In this document: positions 1 to 10,670 of the stretch, one piece after another
Layout of the letters: every line of letters begins with the position of its first letter
Position numbering within the stretch: position 1 is the first letter of the stretch
NCBI GenBank assembly: GCA_964016885.1
Contig: OZ024743.1
Coordinates: forward strand, 25,420,001-25,484,000
Reading direction: 5' to 3'
DNA from: Eledone cirrhosa
Lineage: Eukaryota
Length of the DNA stretch: 64,000 nt
Translations under genes and position numbers: made by a program
The notes under the pieces: generated by a model
The model's input: the letters and a program-made list of their open reading frames with translations, nothing else
The model's database searches: none
What the model was told of the DNA's origin: nothing

Positions 1-3000
1 TCCTCTGTGTTCGGTCCTGCTGTAGTTAAGAGATGGGGAGGGTGAGAGAGATGGAGGTTTGACAGTGGGAGTTCGGCTCCTCTGTGTTCGGACCTGGTGT
101 AGTTAAGAGATGGGGAGGGTGAGAGAGATGGAGACTTGATAGTGGGAGTTCGGCTCCTCTGTGTTCGGACCTGGTGTAGTTAAGAGATGGGGAGGGTGAG
201 AGAGATGGAGATTTGACAGTGGGAGTTCGGCTCCTCTGTGTTCGGACCTGGTGTAGTTAAGAGATGGGGAGGGTGAGAGAGATGGAGACTTGACAGTGGG
301 AGTTCGGTTTTCTGTGTTCGGACCTGGTGTAGTTAAGAGATGGGGAGGGTGAGAGAGACGGTGCCTTGATAGTGGGAGTTCGGCTCCTCTGTGTTCGGAC
401 CTGGTGTACTTGAGAGATAGGGAAGGCGAGAGAGATGGTGGCTTGACATTGGGAGTTCGGCTCCTCTGTGTTTGGACCTGGTGTAGTTAAGAGATGGGGA
501 GGGTGAGAGAGATGGAGGCTTGACAGTGGGAGTTAGGCTCCTCTGTGTTGGGACCTGGTGTACTTGAGAGATAGGGAAGGCGAGAGAGATGGTGGCTTGA
601 CAGTGGGAGTTCGGCTCCTCTGTGTTTGGACCTATTGTAGTTAAGAGATGGGGAGGGTGAGAGAGATGGAGGCTTGACAGTGGGAGTTCGGCTCCTCTGT
701 GTTATGACCTGGTGTACTTGAGAGATGGGGAGGGTGAGAGAGATGGAGGCTTGACAGTGGGAGTGCGGCTCCTCTGTGTTCGGACCTGGTGTAGTTAAGA
801 GATGGGGAGGGTGAGAGAGATTGGGGCTTGACAGTGGGAGTTCGGCTCCTCTGTGTTCGGACCTGGTGTACTTGAGAGATGGGAAGGGCGAGAGAGATGG
901 TGGCTTGACAGTGGGAGTGCGGCTCCTCTGTGTTCGGACCTGGCGTAGTGAAGAGATGGGGAGGGTGAGAGAGATTGGGGCTTGACAGTGGGTGTTAGGC
1001 TCTTCTGTGTTTGGACCTGGTGTAGTTAAGAGATGAGGAGGGTGAGAGAGATGGAGGCGTGACAGTGGGAGTTCGTCTCCTCTGTGTTCGGACCTGGTGT
1101 AGTTAAGAGATGCGGTGAGTGAGAGAGATGGAGGCTTGACAGTCGGAGTTCGGCTCTTCTGTGTTCGGACCTGGTGTAGTTAAGAGATGGGGAGGGTGAG
1201 AGAGATGGAGGCTTGACAGTGGGAGTTCGGCTCCTCTGTGTTCGGACCTGGTGTAGTTAAGAGATGGGGAGGGTGAGAGAGATGGAGGCTTGACAGTGGG
1301 AGTTCGGCTCCTCTGTGTTATGACCTGGTGTACTTGAGAGATGGGGAGGGTGAGAGAGATGGAGGCTTGACAGTGGGAGTGCGGCTCCTCTGTGTTCGGA
1401 CCTGGTGTAGTTAAGAGATGGGGAGGGTGAGAGAGATTGGGGCTTGACAGTGGGAGTTCGGCTCCTCTGTGTTCGGACCTGGTGTACTTGAGAGATGGGA
1501 AGGGCGAGAGAGATGGTGGCTTGACAGTGGGAGTGCGGCTCCTCTGTGTTCGGACCTGGCGTAGTGAAGAGATGGGGAGGGTGAGAGAGATTGGGGCTTG
1601 ACAGTGGGTGTTAGGCTCTTCTGTGTTTGGACCTGGTGTAGTTAAGAGATGAGGAGGGTGAGAGAGATGGAGGCGTGACAGTGGGAGTTCGTCTCCTCTG
1701 TGTTCGGACCTGGTGTAGTTAAGAGATGCGGTGAGTGAGAGAGATGGAGGCTTGACAGTCGGAGTTCGGCTCTTCTGTGTTCGGACCTGGTGTAGTTAAG
1801 AGATGGGGAGGGTGAGAGAGATGGAGGCTTGACAGTGGGAGTTCGGCTCCTCTGTGTTCGGACCTGGTGTAGTTAAGAGATGGGGAGTGTGAGAGAGATG
1901 GAGGCTTGACAGTGGGAGTTCGGCTCCTCTGTGTTCGGACCTGGTGTAGTTAAGAGATGGGGAGGGTGAGAGAGATGGAGGCTTGACGGTGGGAATTCGG
2001 CTCCTCTGTGTTCGGACCTGGTGTAGTTAAGAGATGGGGAGTGTGAGAGAGATGGAGGCTTGACAGTGGGAGTTCGGCTCCTCTGTTTTCGGACCAGGTG
2101 TAATTAAAAGATCGGGAAGGTGAGAGAGATGGAGGTTTGACAGTGGGAGTTCGGCTCCTCTGTGTTCGGACCTGGTGTAGTTAAGAGATGGGGAGGGTGA
2201 GAGAGATGGAGGCTTGACAGTGGGAGTTCGGCTCCTCTGTGTTCGGACCTGGTGTAGTTAAGAGATGGGGAGGGTGAGAGAGATGGAGGTTTGACAGTGG
2301 GAGTTCGGCTCCTCTGTGTTCGGACCTGGTGTAGTTAAGAGATGGGGAGGGTGAGAGAGATGGAGACTTGACAGTGGGAATTCGGCTCCTCTGTGTTCGG
2401 TCCTGCTGTAGTTAAGAGATGGGGAGGGTGAGAGAGATGGAGGTTTGACAGTGGGAGTTCGGCTCCTCTGTGTTCGGACCTGGTGTAGTTAAGAGATGGG
2501 GAGGGTGAGAGAGATGGAGACTTGATAGTGGGAGTTCGGCTCCTCTGTGTTCGGACCTGGTGTAGTTAAGAGATGGGGAGGGTGAGAGAGATGGAGATTT
2601 GACAGTGGGAGTTCGGCTCCTCTGTGTTCGGACCTGGTGTAGTTAAGAGATGGGGAGGGTGAGAGAGATGGAGACTTGACAGTGGGAGTTCGGTTTTCTG
2701 TGTTCGGACCTGGTGTAGTTAAGAGATGGGGAGGGTGAGAGAGACGGTGCCTTGATAGTGGGAGTTCGGCTCCTCTGTGTTCGGACCTGGTGTACTTGAG
2801 AGATAGGGAAGGCGAGAGAGATGGTGGCTTGACATTGGGAGTTCGGCTCCTCTGTGTTTGGACCTGGTGTAGTTAAGAGATGGGGAGGGTGAGAGAGATG
2901 GAGGCTTGACAGTGGGAGTTAGGCTCCTCTGTGTTGGGACCTGGTGTACTTGAGAGATAGGGAAGGCGAGAGAGATGGTGGCTTGACAGTGGGAGTTCGG

Positions 3001-6000
3001 CTCCTCTGTGTTTGGACCTATTGTAGTTAAGAGATGGGGAGGGTGAGAGAGATGGAGGCTTGACAGTGGGAGTTCGGCTCCTCTGTGTTATGACCTGGTG
3101 TACTTGAGAGATGGGGAGGGTGAGAGAGATGGAGGCTTGACAGTGGGAGTGCGGCTCCTCTGTGTTCGGACTTGGTGTAGTTAAGAGATGGGGAGGGTGA
3201 GAGAGATTGGGGCTTGACAGTGGGAGTTCGGCTCCTCTGTGTTCGGACCTGGTGTACTTGAGAGATGGGAAGGGCGAGAGAGATGGTGGCTTGACAGTGG
3301 GAGTGCGGCTCCTCTGTGTTCGGACCTGGCGTAGTGAAGAGATGGGGAGGGTGAGAGAGATGGAGGCTTGACAGTGGGAGTTCGGCTCCTCTGTGTTCGG
3401 ACCTGGTGTAGTTAAGAGATGGGGAGTGTGAGAGAGATGGAGGCTTGACAGTGGGAGTTCGGCTCCTCTGTGTTCGGACCTGGTGTAGTTAAGAGATGGG
3501 GAGTGTGAGAGAGATGGAGGCTTGACAGTGGGAGTTCGGCTCCTCTGTGTTCGGACCTGGTGTAGTTAAGAGATGGGGAGTGTGAGAGAGATGGAGGCTT
3601 GACAGTGGGAGTTCGGCTCCTCTGTGTTCGGACCTGGTGTAGTTAAGAGATGGGGAGGGTGAGAGAGATGGAGGCTTGACAGTGGGAGTTCGGCTCCTCT
3701 GTGTTCGGACCTGGTGTAGTTAAGAGATGGGGAGTGTGAGAGAGATGGAGGCTTGACAGTGGGAGTTCGGCTCCTCTGTGTTCGGACCTGGTGTAGTTAA
3801 GAGATGGGGAGGGTGAGAGAGATGGAGGCTTGACAGTGGGAGTTCGGCTCCTCTGTGTTCGGACCTGGTGTAGTTAAGAGATGGGGAGTGTGAGAGAGAT
3901 GGAGGCTTGACAGTGGGAGTTCGGCTCCTCTGTTTTCGGACCAGGTGTAGTTAAAAGATCGGGAAGGTGAGAGAGATGGAGGATTGACAGTGGGAGTTCG
4001 GCTCCTCTGTGTTCGGACATGGTGTAGTTAAGAGATGGGGAGGGTGAGAGAGATGGAGGCTTGACAGTGGGAGTTCGGCTCCTCTGTGTTCGGACCTGGT
4101 GTAGTTAAGAGATGGGGAGGGTGAGAGAGATGGAGGTTTGACAGTTGGAGTTCGGCTCCTCTGTGTTCGGACCTGGTGTAGTTAAGAGATGGGGAGGGTG
4201 AGAGAGATGGAGACTTGATAGTGGGAGTTCGGCTCCTCTGTGTTCGGACCTGGTGTAGTTAAGAGATGGGGAGGGTGAGATAGATGGAGATTTGACAGTG
4301 GGAGTTCGGCTCCTCTGTGTTCGGACCTGGTGTAGTTAAGAGATGAGAAGGGTGAGAGAGATGGAGGCTTGACAGTGGGTGTTAGGCTCTTCTGTGTTTG
4401 GACCTGGTGTAGTTAAGAGATGAGGAGGGTGAGAGAGATGGAGGCTTGACAGTGGGAGTTCGTCTCCTCTGTGTTCGGACCTGGTGTAGTTAAGAGATGC
4501 GGTGAGTGAGAGAGATGGAGACTTGACAGTGGGAGTTCGGTTTTCTGTGTTCGGACCTGGTGTAGTTAAGAGATGGGGAGGGTGAGAGAGACGGTGCCTT
4601 GATAGTGGGAGTTCGGCTCCTCTGTGTTCGGACCTGGTGTACTTGAGAGATAGGGAAGGCGAGAGAGATGGTGGCTTGACATTGGGAGTTCGGCTCCTCT
4701 GTGTTTGGACCTGGTGTAGTTAAGAGATGGGGAGGGTGAGAGAGATGGAGGCTTGACAGTGGGAGTTAGGCTCCTCTGTGTTGGGACCTGGTGTACTTGA
4801 GAGATAGGGAAGGCGAGAGAGATGGTGGCTTGACAGTGGGAGTTCGGCTCCTCTGTGTTTGGACCTATTGTAGTTAAGAGATGGGGAGGGTGAGAGAGAT
4901 GGAGGCTTGACAGTGGGAGTTCGGCTCCTCTGTGTTATGACCTGGTGTACTTGAGAGATGGGGAGGGTGAGAGAGATGGAGGCTTGACAGTGGGAGTGCG
5001 GCTCCTCTGTGTTCGGACCTGGTGTAGTTAAGAGATGGGGAGGGTGAGAGAGATTGGGGCTTGACAGTGGGAGTTCGGCTCCTCTGTGTTCGGACCTGGT
5101 GTACTTGAGAGATGGGAAGGGCGAGAGAGATGGTGGCTTGACAGTGGGAGTGCGGCTCCTCTGTGTTCGGACCTGGCGTAGTGAAGAGATGGGGAGGGTG
5201 AGAGAGATGGAGGCTTGACAGTGGGAGTTCGGCTCCTCTGTGTTCGGACCTGGTGTAGTTAAGAGATGGGGAGTGTGAGAGAGATGGAGGCTTGACAGTG
5301 GGAGTTCGGCTCCTCTGTGTTCGGACCTGGTGTAGTTAAGAGATGGGGAGTGTGAGAGAGATGGAGGCTTGACAGTGGGAGTTCGGCTCCTCTGTGTTCG
5401 GACCTGGTGTAGTTAAGAGATGGGGAGTGTGAGAGAGATGGAGGCTTGACAGTGGGAGTTCGGCTCCTCTGTGTTCGGACCTGGTGTAGTTAAGAGATGG
5501 GGAGGGTGAGAGAGATGGAGGCTTGACAGTGGGAGTTCGGCTCCTCTGTGTTCGGACCTGGTGTAGTTAAGAGATGGGGAGTGTGAGAGAGATGGAGGCT
5601 TGACAGTGGGAGTTCGGCTCCTCTGTGTTCGGACCTGGTGTAGTTAAGAGATGGGGAGGGTGAGAGAGATGGAGGCTTGACAGTGGGAGTTCGGCTCCTC
5701 TGTGTTCGGACCTGGTGTAGTTAAGAGATGGGGAGTGTGAGAGAGATGGAGGCTTGACAGTGGGAGTTCGGCTCCTCTGTTTTCGGACCAGGTGTAGTTA
5801 AAAGATCGGGAAGGTGAGAGAGATGGAGGATTGACAGTGGGAGTTCGGCTCCTCTGTGTTCGGACATGGTGTAGTTAAGAGATGGGGAGGGTGAGAGAGA
5901 TGGAGGCTTGACAGTGGGAGTTCGGCTCCTCTGTGTTCGGACCTGGTGTAGTTAAGAGATGGGGAGGGTGAGAGAGATGGAGGTTTGACAGTTGGAGTTC

Positions 6001-9000
6001 GGCTCCTCTGTGTTCGGACCTGGTGTAGTTAAGAGATGGGGAGGGTGAGAGAGATGGAGACTTGATAGTGGGAGTTCGGCTCCTCTGTGTTCGGACCTGG
6101 TGTAGTTAAGAGATGGGGAGGGTGAGATAGATGGAGATTTGACAGTGGGAGTTCGGCTCCTCTGTGTTCGGACCTGGTGTAGTTAAGAGATGAGAAGGGT
6201 GAGAGTGATGGAGGCTTGACAGTGGGTGTTAGGCTCTTCTGTGTTTGGACCTGGTGTAGTTAAGAGATGAGGAGGGTGAGAGAGATGGAGGCTTGACAGT
6301 GGGAGTTCGTCTCCTCTGTGTTCGGACCTGGTGTAGTTAAGAGATGCGGTGAGTGAGAGAGATGGAGGCTTGACAGTCGGAGTTCGGCTCTTCTGTGTTC
6401 GGACCTGGTGTAGTTAAGAGATGGGGAGGGTGAGAGAGATGGAGGCTTGACAGTGGGAGTTCGGCTCCTCTGTGTTCGGACCTGGTGTAGTTAAGAGATG
6501 GGGAGTGTGAGAGAGATGGAGGCTTGACATTGGGAGTTCGGCTCCTCTGTGTTCGGACCTGGTGTAGTTAAGAGATGGGGAGGGTGAGAGAGATGGAGGC
6601 TTGACGGTGGGAATTCGGCTCCTCTGTGTTCGGACCTGGTGTAGTTAAGAGATGGGGAGTGTGAGAGAGATGGAGGCTTGACAGTGGGAGTTCGGCTCCT
6701 CTGTTTTCGGACCAGGTGTAATTAAAAGATCGGGAAGGTGAGAGAGATGGAGGTTTGACAGTGGGAGTTCGGCTCCTCTGTGTTCGGACCTGGTGTAGTT
6801 AAGAGATGGGGAGGGTGAGAGAGATGGAGGCTTGACAGTGGGAGTTCGGCTCCTCTGTGTTCGGACCTGGTGTAGTTAAGAGATGGGGAGGGTGAGAGAG
6901 ATGGAGGTTTGACAGTGGGAGTTCGGCTCCTCTGTGTTCGGACCTGGTGTAGTTAAGAGATGGGGAGGGTGAGAGAGATGGAGACTTGACAGTGGGAATT
7001 CGGCTCCTCTGTGTTCGGTCCTGCTGTAGTTAAGAGATGGGGAGGGTGAGAGAGATGGAGGTTTGACAGTGGGAGTTCGGCTCCTCTGTGTTCGGACCTG
7101 GTGTAGTTAAGAGATGGGGAGGGTGAGAGAGATGGAGACTTGATAGTGGGAGTTCGGCTCCTCTGTGTTCGGACCTGGTGTAGTTAAGAGATGGGGAGGG
7201 TGAGAGAGATGGAGATTTGACAGTGGGAGTTCGGCTCCTCTGTGTTCGGACCTGGTGTAGTTAAGAGATGGGGAGGGTGAGAGAGATGGAGACTTGACAG
7301 TGGGAGTTCGGTTTTCTGTGTTCGGACCTGGTGTAGTTAAGAGATGGGGAGGGTGAGAGAGACGGTGCCTTGATAGTGGGAGTTCGGCTCCTCTGTGTTC
7401 GGACCTGGTGTACTTGAGAGATAGGGAAGGCGAGAGAGATGGTGGCTTGACATTGGGAGTTCGGCTCCTCTGTGTTTGGACCTGGTGTAGTTAAGAGATG
7501 GGGAGGGTGAGAGAGATGGAGGCTTGACAGTGGGAGTTAGGCTCCTCTGTGTTGGGACCTGGTGTACTTGAGAGATAGGGAAGGCGAGAGAGATGGTGGC
7601 TTGACAGTGGGAGTTCGGCTCCTCTGTGTTTGGACCTATTGTAGTTAAGAGATGGGGAGGGTGAGAGAGATGGAGGCTTGACAGTGGGAGTTCGGCTCCT
7701 CTGTGTTATGACCTGGTGTACTTGAGAGATGGGGAGGGTGAGAGAGATGGAGGCTTGACAGTGGGAGTGCGGCTCCTCTGTGTTCGGACCTGGTGTAGTT
7801 AAGAGATGGGGAGGGTGAGAGAGATTGGGGCTTGACAGTGGGAGTTCGGCTCCTCTGTGTTCGGACCTGGTGTACTTGAGAGATGGGAAGGGCGAGAGAG
7901 ATGGTGGCTTGACAGTGGGAGTGCGGCTCCTCTGTGTTCGGACCTGGCGTAGTGAAGAGATGGGGAGGGTGAGAGAGATGGAGGCTTGACAGTGGGAGTT
8001 CGGCTCCTCTGTGTTCGGACCTGGTGTAGTTAAGAGATGGGGAGTGTGAGAGAGATGGAGGCTTGACAGTGGGAGTTCGGCTCCTCTGTGTTCGGACCTG
8101 GTGTAGTTAAGAGATGGGGAGTGTGAGAGAGATGGAGGCTTGACAGTGGGAGTTCGGCTCCTCTGTGTTCGGACCTGGTGTAGTTAAGAGATGGGGAGTG
8201 TGAGAGAGATGGAGGCTTGACAGTGGGAGTTCGGCTCCTCTGTGTTCGGACCTGGTGTAGTTAAGAGATGGGGAGGGTGAGAGAGATGGAGGCTTGACAG
8301 TGGGAGTTCGGCTCCTCTGTGTTCGGACCTGGTGTAGTTAAGAGATGGGGAGTGTGAGAGAGATGGAGGCTTGACAGTGGGAGTTCGGCTCCTCTGTGTT
8401 CGGACCTGGTGTAGTTAAGAGATGGGGAGGGTGAGAGAGATGGAGGCTTGACAGTGGGAGTTCGGCTCCTCTGTGTTCGGACCTGGTGTAGTTAAGAGAT
8501 GGGGAGTGTGAGAGAGATGGAGGCTTGACAGTGGGAGTTCGGCTCCTCTGTTTTCGGACCAGGTGTAGTTAAAAGATCGGGAAGGTGAGAGAGATGGAGG
8601 ATTGACAGTGGGAGTTCGGCTCCTCTGTGTTCGGACATGGTGTAGTTAAGAGATGGGGAGGGTGAGAGAGATGGAGGCTTGACAGTGGGAGTTCGGCTCC
8701 TCTGTGTTCGGACCTGGTGTAGTTAAGAGATGGGGAGGGTGAGAGAGATGGAGGTTTGACAGTTGGAGTTCGGCTCCTCTGTGTTCGGACCTGGTGTAGT
8801 TAAGAGATGGGGAGGGTGAGAGAGATGGAGACTTGATAGTGGGAGTTCGGCTCCTCTGTGTTCGGACCTGGTGTAGTTAAGAGATGGGGAGGGTGAGATA
8901 GATGGAGATTTGACAGTGGGAGTTCGGCTCCTCTGTGTTCGGACCTGGTGTAGTTAAGAGATGAGAAGGGTGAGAGAGATGGAGGCTTGACAGTGGGTGT

Positions 9001-10670
9001 TAGGCTCTTCTGTGTTTGGACCTGGTGTAGTTAAGAGATGAGGAGGGTGAGAGAGATGGAGGCTTGACAGTGGGAGTTCGTCTCCTCTGTGTTCGGACCT
9101 GGTGTAGTTAAGAGATGCGGTGAGTGAGAGAGATGGAGGCTTGACAGTCGGAGTTCGGCTCTCCTGTGTTCGGACCTGGTGTAGTTAAGAGATGGGGAGG
9201 GTGAGAGAGATGGAGGCTTGACAGTGGGAGTTCGGCTCCTCTGTGTTCGGACCTGGTGTAGTTAAGAGATGGGGAGTGTGAGAGAGATGGAGGCTTGACA
9301 CTGGGAGTTCGGCTCCTCTGTGTTCGGACCTGGTGTAGTTAAGAGATGGGGAGGGTGAGAGAGATGGAGGCTTGACGGTGGGAATTCGGCTCCTCTGTGT
9401 TCGGACCTGGTGTAGTTAAGAGATGGGGAGTGTGAGAGAGATGGAGGCTTGACAGTGGGAGTTCGGCTCCTCTGTTTTCGGACCAGGTGTAATTAAAAGA
9501 TCGGGAAGGTGAGAGAGATGGAGGTTTGACAGTGGGAGTTCGGCTCCTCTGTGTTCGGACCTGGTGTAGTTAAGAGATGGGGAGGGTGAGAGAGATGGAG
9601 GCTTGACAGTGGGAGTTCGGCTCCTCTGTGTTCGGACCTGGTGTAGTTAAGAGATGGGGAGGGTGAGAGAGATGGAGGTTTGACAGTGGGAGTTCGGCTC
9701 CTCTGTGTTCGGACCTGGTGTAGTTAAGAGATGGGGAGGGTGAGAGAGATGGAGACTTGACAGTGGGAATTCGGCTCCTCTGTGTTCGGTCCTGCTGTAG
9801 TTAAGAGATGGGGAGGGTGAGAGAGATGGAGGTTTGACAGTGGGAGTTCGGCTCCTCTGTGTTCGGACCTGGTGTAGTTAAGAGATGGGGAGGGTGAGAG
9901 AGATGGAGACTTGATAGTGGGAGTTCGGCTCCTCTGTGTTCGGACCTGGTGTAGTTAAGAGATGGGGAGGGTGAGAGAGATGGAGATTTGACAGTGGGAG
10001 TTCGGCTCCTCTGTGTTCGGACCTGGTGTAGTTAAGAGATGGGGAGGGTGAGAGAGATGGAGACTTGACAGTGGGAGTTCGGTTTTCTGTGTTCGGACCT
10101 GGTGTAGTTAAGAGATGGGGAGGGTGAGAGAGACGGTGCCTTGATAGTGGGAGTTCGGCTCCTCTGTGTTCGGACCTGGTGTACTTGAGAGATAGGGAAG
10201 GCGAGAGAGATGGTGGCTTGACATTGGGAGTTCGGCTCCTCTGTGTTTGGACCTGGTGTAGTTAAGAGATGGGGAGGGTGAGAGAGATGGAGGCTTGACA
10301 GTGGGAGTTCGGCTCCTCTGTGTTTGGACCTATTGTAGTTAAGAGATGGGGAGGGTGAGAGAGATGGAGGCTTGACAGTGGGAGTTCGGCTCCTCTGTGT
10401 TATGACCTGGTGTACTTGAGAGATGGGGAGGGTGAGAGAGATGGAGGCTTGACAGTGGGAGTGCGGCTCCTCTGTGTTCGGACCTGGTGTAGTTAAGAGA
10501 TGGGGAGGGTGAGAGAGATTGGGGCTTGACAGTGGGAGTTCGGCTCCTCTGTGTTCGGACCTGGTGTACTTGAGAGATGGGAAGGGCGAGAGAGATGGTG
10601 GCTTGACAGTGGGAGTGCGGCTCCTCTGTGTTCGGACCTGGCGTAGTGAAGAGATGGGGAGGGTGAGAGA
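1..10670. repeat. 36-monomer (2771 bp) HOR domain with 31-mer and 24-mer structural variants
   Basis: The 1-bp-deleted monomer CGGTTTTCTG is at 305, 2691, 4538, 7309 and 10080. Spacings are 2386 (31x77-1), 1847 (24x77-1), 2771 and 2771 (36x77-1). GGTCCTGCTG at about 7019 and 9790 is also 2771 apart. Confidence 0.92.
640..1870. repeat. 8-monomer (616 bp) tandem duplication within the satellite
   Basis: The A of variant TTATGACC is at 704 and 1320, and TGCGGTGAGT is at 1111 and 1727. Both offsets are 616 = 8x77. Confidence 0.9.

Noticed and set aside
59-64. TTGACA matches the bacterial sigma70 -35 box
   Set aside because: No TATAAT-like -10 element lies about 17 bp downstream, and the context is a satellite, so a chance hexamer is likely.
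35-115. Canonical three-tier G-quadruplex in the consensus
   Set aside because: There are only three G3+ tracts per monomer, and two of the loops exceed 20 nt. Only the long poly-G variants come close.
1-154. Hammerhead ribozyme as in newt, schistosome or cricket satellites
   Set aside because: The core CTGANGA...GAAA is absent from both strands of the consensus.
533-537. TTAGG telomere-like motif
   Set aside because: It is an isolated single-base variant of TTCGG and is never tandem.
2080-2120. CENP-B box (TTCG and CGGG both occur in the AAAAGATCGGG variant)
   Set aside because: The spacing does not fit TTCGnnnnAnnCGGG.
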